Shown here one piece after another: positions 1-7,295 of a stretch of DNA of 62,553 bases (within the stretch, counting starts at the first letter, position 1; each line of letters begins with the position of its first letter). The notes below the pieces were generated by a model, which made no database searches, had not been told where the DNA came from, and worked only from the letters and a program-made list of their open reading frames with translations. This stretch comes from a virus (lineage: Duplodnaviria; Caudoviricetes), in the IMG/VR virus record IMGVR_UViG_3300042564_005954, positions 1 through 62,553 of that record; one strand, given 5' to 3'. The position numbers were made by a program, and so were the translations under genes.

Positions 1-2
1 GT

Positions 3-74
3 ATAGGAGAGCATGGCCTACTGGACAGAATTGAAGCGGTTGCCCTAACGGTTAAAGGGTACGAAAAAAATTAA
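3..74 (+). CDS. 3' end of an upstream gene (partial)
   Basis: Open frame IGEHGLLDRIEAVALTVKGYEKN* ends at TAA 72-74, just before the promoter motif. Confidence 0.5.
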   Translation: MGEHGLLDRIEAVALTVKGYEKN

Positions 75-130
75 AAAAAAGTTCCCAAAAAGTTTTACAA
101 TCCCAACTAAATTGTTTATATTTGTATATA
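75..130 (+). promoter_or_regulatory. Class-A (early-type) promoter, copy 1
   Basis: AAAAAAGT(75)-N17-ATCCCAA(100)-N10-TATATTTG(117); the last box matches the Bacteroidota -7 element TAnnTTTG. Confidence 0.8.
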
Positions 131-148
131 ACAAAAAACGGAAAAAAT

Positions 149-1003
149 ATGAAAACGGAAACTCTTAATTTTACTCTAACCAAGATCAATAACGTTAACT
201 ACGAAAAGGGTCTATTTGAAGCTCATAAAACGGATACCCCACTAGACGGACTATTCTCTGTTAATGGTGGAGTACCTAAAGCAACTAACTGGATGATCGT
301 AGGAGATCCGGGAGTTGGTAAATCAACAGTAACACTGGATATCTTATCCAATGCAAAGAAGAATGGTAGTAAGGTACTGTTTATTTCAGCAGAGATGAAC
401 CAGGTGGACCTTTTCCTATATGTACAAAGGTACCCTAAATTTGGTGACCTAGACATCTTTTTCCCACAAGATATAGAAGAGGGACAAAATCCTAAACGTA
501 TACTAGAAGCAATACTTGACCAAGGCTGGGACCTTATCCTTATTGACTCCTTTGTGGAACTACAAGAAATTATTCGTGAAGAATGTTCTGTTACTAGAAA
601 TTCAGCCGAGAAATATCTCCTAGACCTTATGTATAAACATAATCTAGGCCAAAATAGCGCAAAGAGGTTTACATCATTCCTTAATATACAACAGGTAAAT
701 AAAGGTGGAGTATTTGTAGGATCGAATAAGCTAAAACATATGACCACTGGTATGATGGAAATCCGTTTTGTGGATGAACATAGCCAAGATGAACGCTATG
801 TGGTATTTTCAAAGAATCGTCGTGGCCATGTTGGTAAGCAAATGTTCTTTGATCTATCTGCTAAGGGAGATGTTACCTATGACACCGAAAGATTTAAAAA
901 GGCGGAAGGCCTTAAAGAACTTAAAAAGCGCGAAAAAGAACTAATAAAAGAACAAGGTATAGGATTTGATAAACTATTTGGCCTTGTGGAAGGGGACCAA
1001 TAA
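149..1003 (+). CDS. RecA-superfamily ATPase, RadA/Sms- or KaiC-like
   Basis: Walker A GDPGVGKST, VLFISAEM, Walker B LILIDS, KNRRG finger; ATG 149 preferred because the TTG at 122 lies in the promoter. Confidence 0.8.
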   Translation: MKTETLNFTLTKINNVNYEKGLFEAHKTDTPLDGLFSVNGGVPKATNWMIVGDPGVGKSTVTLDILSNAKKNGSKVLFISAEMNQVDLFLYVQRYPKFGDLDIFFPQDIEEGQNPKRILEAILDQGWDLILIDSFVELQEIIREECSVTRNSAEKYLLDLMYKHNLGQNSAKRFTSFLNIQQVNKGGVFVGSNKLKHMTTGMMEIRFVDEHSQDERYVVFSKNRRGHVGKQMFFDLSAKGDVTYDTERFKKAEGLKELKKREKELIKEQGIGFDKLFGLVEGDQ

Positions 1004-1010
1004 ATACTGT

Positions 1011-1078
1011 AAGGGAAATGCGAGAGAAAAAGTGAGAAATATTTTCATTTTTAGCGAAAAAAGTCTCGCATTTCCTTT
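1011..1078 (+). other. Long intergenic RNA hairpin
   Basis: GGAAATGCGAGA (1014-1025) pairs perfectly with TCTCGCATTTCC (1064-1075); inner stem 1028-1038/1042-1052 includes G-U pairs. Confidence 0.65.
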
Positions 1079-1112
1079 CAAATCCCAATAAAATTGATTA
1101 TATTTGTATATA
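1057..1112 (+). promoter_or_regulatory. Class-A promoter, copy 2
   Basis: AAAAAAGT(1057), ATCCCAA(1082), TATATTTG(1099); same spacing as copy 1. Confidence 0.8.
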
Positions 1113-1130
1113 CCAAAAAAATAAAACAAC

Positions 1131-2285
1131 ATGTTAACAACCCTTTCCAACCAAGTTTATCAAGAGAGAAAAGCTGAGGCTATTAAAAACCAAGTTCTAC
1201 GTAAAGAAGTAAACCTATCTGAACTAGACGTGGTAGACAATACTCATATACGCCTTGACGGTGTAACCATACAACTCTCTAACCACGCATTCGGTAAATT
1301 ACTAAGCCGCCTACGTATACCAAAGGCTTTCGCCAAAAGATTTGAAGATGGCTTCGGTAAAGACGGTTTACGCCAATTGGTACAAATGATGAAAACCATG
1401 AAGACCACAAATCGTGATCAAATGGTAACCCTACTGGTGGACCATAAAGAGAGAAAAATCTCTGATATACTACCTCATAATTATGCGTCTATATCTAACG
1501 AAAGTTTCGTTGATTTCGCTGAAGGCTATATAGATCAATACGGACTAGAAGTAACTCATATGGGATCAGATCCACGTGGTGGAGTAACCATTAATACAGT
1601 AAGCCCTAATGGTCTACTACAAATACCTGGTATGAAGGATGAACTATTCCATACTGGTGTAACTTTCCGCAATACACCTGAACGTGGACTAGAAGTCAGT
1701 CCTTTTCTTAATCGCCTAGTATGTACCAATGGTATGACTTCAACATCATTCTCTGAAACGTATGGTTTACACCAACTATCTGATAAAGGTATTAATGAAT
1801 TTAACGATCATATGCTTAGAATGGCCTCTACTGGATTCCAACCGGTTGGTATGGCTGATCAAATCCGTAAGGCCAATATAACCAATGCTTCTGTTGGGGA
1901 GGTAGAACAGGCCCTGAGCCGTGTATTAGGGTCCGATAAAAGCCTAGATTATGACTATATGCAACGCTATATACCACTAAATAGGGTAAATAACGCCTAT
2001 TCCAACAAAGGCGTAAATACAGCCGAATTAACCTCCAAACAACGCTCTACTGCTAACAGTGGTCTATCTGTCTGGGAATTGGTTAATGGTATTACCAATT
2101 TTGCTTCTAACGATACTAGATTTAATATATCTGACAATACTAGAGGTAATCTAATGGTAACCGCTGGTAACCTGTTAATGAAAAAGGATTACGATATGGA
2201 TGGTCTATTAACTGTGGATCCATTCCGTGGTGGTCAACTACTAAATACTCAAGAATCAAATCGTATTATGGGTAATCTTAACTAG
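1131..2285 (+). CDS. DUF932-like phage protein
   Basis: 384 aa; RLVCTNGM motif and C-terminal WELVNGIT motif typical of DUF932. Confidence 0.6.
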   Translation: MLTTLSNQVYQERKAEAIKNQVLRKEVNLSELDVVDNTHIRLDGVTIQLSNHAFGKLLSRLRIPKAFAKRFEDGFGKDGLRQLVQMMKTMKTTNRDQMVTLLVDHKERKISDILPHNYASISNESFVDFAEGYIDQYGLEVTHMGSDPRGGVTINTVSPNGLLQIPGMKDELFHTGVTFRNTPERGLEVSPFLNRLVCTNGMTSTSFSETYGLHQLSDKGINEFNDHMLRMASTGFQPVGMADQIRKANITNASVGEVEQALSRVLGSDKSLDYDYMQRYIPLNRVNNAYSNKGVNTAELTSKQRSTANSGLSVWELVNGITNFASNDTRFNISDNTRGNLMVTAGNLLMKKDYDMDGLLTVDPFRGGQLLNTQESNRIMGNLN

Positions 2286-2399
2286 GGCTATCCGCCGGGT
2301 GGTACTCTTTTTTCCGTTTCCGTTTCCGTTTCCCTAGGATACCACCCGCCACCCTATTTAGGACCTCTTTAAGGGACTGCCATCAGGCGGTCCCCTTTT
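2283..2399 (+). ncRNA. Candidate 3'UTR-derived small RNA with (UUUCCG)n loop
   Basis: Stem CGGGTGGTA (2296-2304)/TACCACCCG (2340-2348) and outer TAGGG/CCCTA enclose TTTTTTCCGTTTCCGTTTCCGTTTCC; followed by a terminator. Confidence 0.55.
2373..2399 (+). terminator. Intrinsic terminator
   Basis: GGGACTGCC-ATCA-GGCGGTCCC stem (one G-U) then CTTTT. Confidence 0.75.
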
Positions 2400-2536
2400 A
2401 GTCTCTATCCCTAAGGCAGTACCTTTAACATAGCCTAGGCGGTACCCACATAGTGCCTAAAGAGTATTATACTCTCAGGGGTATATTGCTCCTGTAGGTG
2501 GTCAAGTGACCGATGGAGCATGCTCTTCTCCAGTTT

Positions 2537-2799
2537 TAAAATTTTCCGGCCAGAATTTCTAGACCCTCTGGAACTCTCTCCCCTAAATTTTTCCAGCCAG
2601 AATTTTTAGACCTCTTGTAACTCTCTCCCCTAAATTTTTCCGGCCAGAATTTCTAGACCCTTTGGAACTCTCTCAGGTAAATTTTTCCGGTCAGAATTTT
2701 TGGTCCTTCCAAAACTCTCTCAGGTAAATTTTTCCGGCCAGAATCTGAAGCCCTTCTGGAACTCTCTGGGCTTTGGTACCTAAGGTTTTCCAGCCAGAA
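2537..2799. repeat. Five 47-bp tandem repeats plus a partial sixth
   Basis: Units start 2537, 2584, 2631, 2678, 2725; core TAAATTTTTCCGGCCAGAAT...AACTCTCTC; partial copy 2781-2799. Confidence 0.9.
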
Positions 2800-2990
2800 A
2801 AGAGTGTCCCTATAAAAGGGTGTGCCAAGTAACTCTTAAAGAAGGGGGAGGGCCCTAAACCGTGTGCTGTTTATTGTAGGCCTTAAGACTAAGAGAGCTT
2901 ACAAAGGGTTCGGTACGCATAAGCCACCGGTAGACCCGCTAGGCGGGAGGCCGTGGTAATTCTATGATAAATAAAAGAAACACAATCAAG

Positions 2991-3164
2991 ATGAAATCTA
3001 TCGTAGACTTTGAGGCCTTTATGGGCGAGAGCCGTATTTATACTCCATTAGAACTTGAGAGAAAGAGCCGTGAACTCCTAAGAGACTTGGGTATCTCCAA
3101 TCCCACCAGTGACCAACTGGAGGTAATTGTAGATGCCATCCGCCAGGTGGTAGATCCAGAGTAG
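2991..3164 (+). CDS. Small tagged protein (putative internal head protein)
   Basis: Starts MKSIVDFEAFMGE-S, a divergent version of the tag; GATAAATA box at 2966-2973. Confidence 0.65.
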   Translation: MKSIVDFEAFMGESRIYTPLELERKSRELLRDLGISNPTSDQLEVIVDAIRQVVDPE

Positions 3165-3226
3165 AAGTGCTCTAGTGTGCCCGGTGTGCGAGAGAGACCT
3201 GTGAATAAAATATATAAAGTATAGAG

Positions 3227-3282
3227 AAAAAAGTTGAAAAAAAATTTTAAAATCCCAACTGGATTGATTATATTTATATTAT
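3227..3282 (+). promoter_or_regulatory. Class-A promoter, copy 3 (upstream of the tagged array)
   Basis: AAAAAAGT(3227), ATCCCAA(3252), TATATTTA(3269). Confidence 0.8.
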
Positions 3283-3298
3283 AATAAAAAAGGAACAT

Positions 3299-3703
3299 AT
3301 GAAACGCATACACACATTTGAAAGCTTCTTAGTTGAAAGTTCACAAGACGTGTATGGAAAGATTGATGTGTTACCGGTAGGAAAGATTTTTAGCGATGCA
3401 AAAAAGATTGATGGTGTTTTTAAGAAAAGTCAGTATACCTGGAGTGAAGTAATAGAAGCCTTTGAAAAGAATAAAGAGTCTGCAAAACCACAATTTATAA
3501 ATATTAAAGACATTAAGATTACGCAACCTAATATTCAATCGGAGAAAGTAAAAAAGATGATTGATGACATAGACAAAGTGCCTCCTATCAATGTTGTACA
3601 ATTTAAGAATGGAGAAAAAGCTATTTATGATGGGCATCACCGCTTAATGGCAAACTGGGCATTAGGTGAAACTAAGATTAAAGTTAACCTGGTTAAATTA
3701 TAA
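3299..3703 (+). CDS. Tagged protein with ParB/sulfiredoxin-like domain
   Basis: MKRIHTFESFLVE tag; PPINVV...IYDGHHRL ParB/Srx motif. Confidence 0.75.
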   Translation: MKRIHTFESFLVESSQDVYGKIDVLPVGKIFSDAKKIDGVFKKSQYTWSEVIEAFEKNKESAKPQFINIKDIKITQPNIQSEKVKKMIDDIDKVPPINVVQFKNGEKAIYDGHHRLMANWALGETKIKVNLVKL

Positions 3704-3708
3704 AATAG

Positions 3709-4029
3709 ATGAAACACATACACACATTTGAAGGTTTCTTAAATGAAAGTTTTAGTACAAATTTCGACAAAGACATTCAAAAGTTAATAGATCTTCAGAT
3801 TAAAATTGCAAAGTCTGCTGATTTTGCAAGAAGCAGAAATCGACTTGAGGCATGGTGGGAGAATTCTGCTACCAGTAATTATGAAAGAAAATGGGAAGCC
3901 TTAATGACCAAACTTAGAGGATGGGCTACAAGAAGTTATGATGGTGGAGAGACCAATCCTGAATGGATTGAATACTGTGAAAAGAATGGGCTTTCATATG
4001 ATTACGATTTTGGCGATGTAATTGCATAA
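3709..4029 (+). CDS. Tagged hypothetical protein (putative internal head protein)
   Basis: MKHIHTFEGFLNE tag. Confidence 0.75.
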   Translation: MKHIHTFEGFLNESFSTNFDKDIQKLIDLQIKIAKSADFARSRNRLEAWWENSATSNYERKWEALMTKLRGWATRSYDGGETNPEWIEYCEKNGLSYDYDFGDVIA

Positions 4030-4050
4030 ATAAAATTTTAAATATAAACT

Positions 4051-4470
4051 ATGAAACACCTAAAAACATTCGAGAGCTTTTTAAATGAAGCTACAGTTGC
4101 TAACCAATGGGACATACAGTCTCATCATATAGGAATGCTACAAAAAGGCAAGGTGAATAAATTCACAGATGGTAGTAGTACTCCGTTTAGCTTAATTACC
4201 AGATTAGAGAGCGGTGTAAGTGATACGGATAAAAAATTAGTTGAACCTTTTGTTGATAGTGATCACCTGGTTATACAATTTTATCCAGCCGAAGATCCTA
4301 TAAATGATTCTATGTATGATGCAGTTCAGGCTGGCGGTATTAAGGTTATTGAAGACTTGATTAATCGTGAATACAGCCTAAAGCTAAAGAATGTACTTAA
4401 AGGGAAAAAGCATTGTGATCGTACAGGTGAAACATGTTCTGTATCTCAATATTTAGTTTTTGGTAAATAA
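4051..4470 (+). CDS. Tagged hypothetical protein (putative internal head protein)
   Basis: MKHLKTFESFLNE-A tag. Confidence 0.8.
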   Translation: MKHLKTFESFLNEATVANQWDIQSHHIGMLQKGKVNKFTDGSSTPFSLITRLESGVSDTDKKLVEPFVDSDHLVIQFYPAEDPINDSMYDAVQAGGIKVIEDLINREYSLKLKNVLKGKKHCDRTGETCSVSQYLVFGK

Positions 4471-4481
4471 AAAAATATAAT

Positions 4482-4751
4482 ATGAAACACTTAAAAACAT
4501 TTCAAAGCTTTTTAAATGAAGCACAAAACATTGGTTTATCAGTAACGGATTTTGATGAATACGTAAATCCTGACTATGTTGAGGTAACACTATCAGATGG
4601 TCGTAAGTTACAGATAAAAAGAAAGACTATGAAAGGCGGTCAGAAAATGTATCAAACTATTTTACAAGCTTTAGATAGTTATAAATCTAATCCTAAGGCA
4701 AAGACTTTTATGGACAGCTTAGTAAATGCAATGATAAATAATTTAGATTAA
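4482..4751 (+). CDS. Tagged hypothetical protein (putative internal head protein)
   Basis: MKHLKTFQSFLNE-A tag. Confidence 0.8.
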   Translation: MKHLKTFQSFLNEAQNIGLSVTDFDEYVNPDYVEVTLSDGRKLQIKRKTMKGGQKMYQTILQALDSYKSNPKAKTFMDSLVNAMINNLD

Positions 4752-4763
4752 AAAAATATAAAT

Positions 4764-4994
4764 ATGAAACACGTACAATCTTTTAACAATTATTCAGCCA
4801 ACGAAATGTTAGGCGAGGCATTTAGCAACCGCGATATTGAAATTGCAGTTGAAAATGGTATGGATGCATTTTGGGCAAGTGTTGCTAAAAAGTTTCCACA
4901 AGTAAAAAGCGGAGATTTTGGCCCAGAAGAAACTGGTAAATTGGAAAGTGCAATGAAAGCCGCAGTTTCAACATGGTTAAAAAATAATATGTAA
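4764..4994 (+). CDS. Tagged hypothetical protein, divergent tag
   Basis: MKHVQSFNNYSANEMLGE-A. Confidence 0.7.
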   Translation: MKHVQSFNNYSANEMLGEAFSNRDIEIAVENGMDAFWASVAKKFPQVKSGDFGPEETGKLESAMKAAVSTWLKNNM

Positions 4995-5001
4995 GCTAAA
5001 C

Positions 5002-5481
5002 ATGAAACACTTAAAAACATTTGAGAGCTTCTTAAATGAAGCAAAAGATTCAGTAACATTTTCAGTTAATGATGAAAAGCTAGATCAATTACTACATGAC
5101 TTTCACGAAAGAGAATTAGACTATGTTAAGGTTAAGGGCGATGATTTCTATAGTTTGCCTAAACGTGAATTTGATCGATTCATTGCTGCTGCTGATAGTA
5201 AAGGATTTGACGAGGAGTCTTGGAGCTATTATGAAGAATCTGTAAATTCAGTTAAAGAAGCAAAAAGCGAAAGTGGTTTAATGGTTTTTGGTAAAACTAA
5301 TCTTGACAATAATAAGATCGGTGATTGGCTAGATGATTCTGATTATACTGCCGAATGGAATGCTCGTGAAGGGTATTGGTTATTTCCTGAAGAAGAAGAT
5401 GGTTATGATGCATTAGAAGCAGAATTAGAAAAGGCTTTTACTAAGGCTAGAATTAATGCAAGATTTGAGGGAATCTTTTAA
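5002..5481 (+). CDS. Tagged acidic protein, possibly two fused modules
   Basis: MKHLKTFESFLNE-A tag; internal VKE-AK site midway. Confidence 0.8.
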   Translation: MKHLKTFESFLNEAKDSVTFSVNDEKLDQLLHDFHERELDYVKVKGDDFYSLPKREFDRFIAAADSKGFDEESWSYYEESVNSVKEAKSESGLMVFGKTNLDNNKIGDWLDDSDYTAEWNAREGYWLFPEEEDGYDALEAELEKAFTKARINARFEGIF

Positions 5482-5493
5482 AATAAAAATAAA

Positions 5494-6249
5494 GTGAAAC
5501 ACCTAAAAACATTTGAAAGTTTTCTTAATGAAGCAGAGAAAAAAGGAGACGGTTCTTTTGAATTGGCATATCCTGGTACTTACATTGCAAATTGGAAAAT
5601 CTCCGACGCGCCTAGCGACAAGAACACAGTTGCTAAAAGATTTAACTTTACTATCAAAGTAGAACACCCAGACTCTGTTATAACAGGAACTACTATTAAA
5701 GATTCTTTTACACTTGCATTTTCTAAAGACAGTCGCGGAATCTACAGTTTAGGAAAAGATGTAGAGAAATTCGTGGGAATACCTGAAGCAGATGCCATTA
5801 AGAATGTAGAAGACGGAAAAGAAAAGAAAGAAGACTCTCTTATAATGGGAATGTGTAACATTATGAACGGCGGTAAAGACATTTACTTTTGGAATAATGG
5901 ATTACGTATGATTGGCTCTGCCGAGTATGCAGGTGTATTAACAGCGGTGACTGAACAACTTTCACATGAAGCTGGTGTTCATCTTAACCGTTTAGTTTTA
6001 ACACGTCACATTGCAAATAAAAATGGTGTAAGTATTGGTAACGAAGATTGGATAACTTATAATTATGGTGCAGGCGAATACAGTTGGCCTGCAGTTGGAG
6101 ATCCTAATGATAATACGCCTAAGATCATTGCAATAGATGAAGAAACATTTGCAACTGTTGGTGGTGCTATTGTTTCTATGATTACTCCTACTTTTATTGA
6201 TATGGCATCAACATACATACCTCAATTAGAAAAAATTAAAAATATATGA
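5494..6249 (+). CDS. Tagged protein with possible metal-binding HExxxH motif
   Basis: GTG start, MKHLKTFESFLNE-A tag; LSHEAGVH and downstream IDEE. Confidence 0.75.
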   Translation: MKHLKTFESFLNEAEKKGDGSFELAYPGTYIANWKISDAPSDKNTVAKRFNFTIKVEHPDSVITGTTIKDSFTLAFSKDSRGIYSLGKDVEKFVGIPEADAIKNVEDGKEKKEDSLIMGMCNIMNGGKDIYFWNNGLRMIGSAEYAGVLTAVTEQLSHEAGVHLNRLVLTRHIANKNGVSIGNEDWITYNYGAGEYSWPAVGDPNDNTPKIIAIDEETFATVGGAIVSMITPTFIDMASTYIPQLEKIKNI

Positions 6250-6509
6250 AACACTTAAAAACATTTGAAAGTTTTCTTAATGAAGCAACAACATCATGGA
6301 CAAAAATGATGAAAGGCGTAAACAGTGGAGAAAGTGGTCCTTGGAGTTTAGTTGCCATTGAAAATAAAAAAGTTGTTGCACAAAAGATTAATATTAAAAC
6401 AAAGGAAGCAATTCCAGCAGCATTTGAAGATCTTAGAAAAAATTATCCTAAAGCATCTATTCGTATTGAAGATGCAACTGGACAGGTACTTTGGACAGAT
6501 AAAAAATAA
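6246..6509 (+). CDS. Tagged hypothetical protein (putative internal head protein)
   Basis: MKHLKTFESFLNE-A tag; ATGA overlap with the previous stop. Confidence 0.8.
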   Translation: MKHLKTFESFLNEATTSWTKMMKGVNSGESGPWSLVAIENKKVVAQKINIKTKEAIPAAFEDLRKNYPKASIRIEDATGQVLWTDKK

Positions 6510-6517
6510 AAATACAA

Positions 6518-6832
6518 ATGAAACACCTAAAAACATTTGAAAGATTTCTTAATGAAGCATATAAGCCAATCCCTTACAATGTAAAGATTTCCGGTAAGTA
6601 TGAAATTACAGTAGACGGTAAACCTGAAACTACTCTTGTTGCAGGATTTGAAAGACAAGACTCTGATAATGACAGCTTGTACTTAATGGACAGTGATCCA
6701 TTACGTTCTACTATAGGTTCTCTAATTGTAAAAAACAGTGATATGTTTAAATTAGAAAAGGGAACTAAAGTTAATGCAACAACTACCAAAGGTGGTAAAA
6801 GTGTTAAGATTAAGAGAGTAGGAGACCTGTAA
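6518..6832 (+). CDS. Tagged hypothetical protein (putative internal head protein)
   Basis: MKHLKTFERFLNE-A tag. Confidence 0.8.
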   Translation: MKHLKTFERFLNEAYKPIPYNVKISGKYEITVDGKPETTLVAGFERQDSDNDSLYLMDSDPLRSTIGSLIVKNSDMFKLEKGTKVNATTTKGGKSVKIKRVGDL

Positions 6833-6856
6833 AAATACACACAGATTCACATAGAT

Positions 6857-6889
6857 TGAGAGACCGTAATGGCCTCTCATTTTTTTTTT
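6857..6889 (+). terminator. Intrinsic terminator closing the tagged array
   Basis: TGAGAGACC-GTAAT-GGCCTCTCA stem (one mismatch) followed by ten T. Confidence 0.85.
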
Positions 6890-6900
6890 CATAAATAGAG

Positions 6901-6956
6901 AAAAAAGTTCACAAAATATTTTTATATCCCAACAAAATGTATTATATTTATATTAT
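6901..6956 (+). promoter_or_regulatory. Class-A promoter, copy 4
   Basis: AAAAAAGT(6901), ATCCCAA(6926), TATATTTA(6943). Confidence 0.8.
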
Positions 6957-6984
6957 AATAATTAAAACTAATACAAATAAAATT

Positions 6985-7149
6985 ATGGAAGCAACGGTCG
7001 GAAATTTAATCATTGAATTGAAAAAGGATTTAATCTTAATTAGAGAAAGAGTAAGTGGAGATTTATTAAAATGCAGAGAAGTATCTCCTTGTACTGCTGT
7101 AGAAAATTTTCAAGATTTAGTAAAAGCCCTTAAAGAAAAAAAGAAGTAA
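6985..7149 (+). CDS. Hypothetical protein
   Basis: ATG 6985 after A-rich leader; ORF-track start 6937 is inside the promoter. Confidence 0.6.
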   Translation: MEATVGNLIIELKKDLILIRERVSGDLLKCREVSPCTAVENFQDLVKALKEKKK

Positions 7150-7151
7150 TT

Positions 7152-7289
7152 ATGAAGACAGAAAATGAAGAAAGCAAACTTGCAGAAAAAATGGCAGATG
7201 ACATTCTTAAATCTTTAGGCCAAGAAGATAATCCGCTAAGAGTACTAATTGTAATGTATATTGAAAATCAACTTAAATCTTTAAAATAA
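7152..7289 (+). CDS. Small hypothetical protein (45 aa, below ORF-track cutoff)
   Basis: MKTENEESKLAEKM...QLKSLK*; fills the operon gap exactly. Confidence 0.55.
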   Translation: MKTENEESKLAEKMADDILKSLGQEDNPLRVLIVMYIENQLKSLK

Positions 7290-7295
7290 AATAAA

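Noticed and set aside
2537-2799. CRISPR array
   Set aside because: 47-bp period leaves only about 14 variable bases, which resemble each other; no unique spacers and no cas genes in the window.
2286-3226. tRNA genes in the GC-rich non-coding region
   Set aside because: No cloverleaf or GTTCRA T-loop with matching stems seen by eye; tRNAscan-SE/ARAGORN would confirm.
3299-6560. Tag-encoding DNA repeats as CRISPR repeats, attC sites or DGR repeats
   Set aside because: They are in-frame coding 5' ends with mostly synonymous variation, not palindromic; no integrase or reverse transcriptase in the window.
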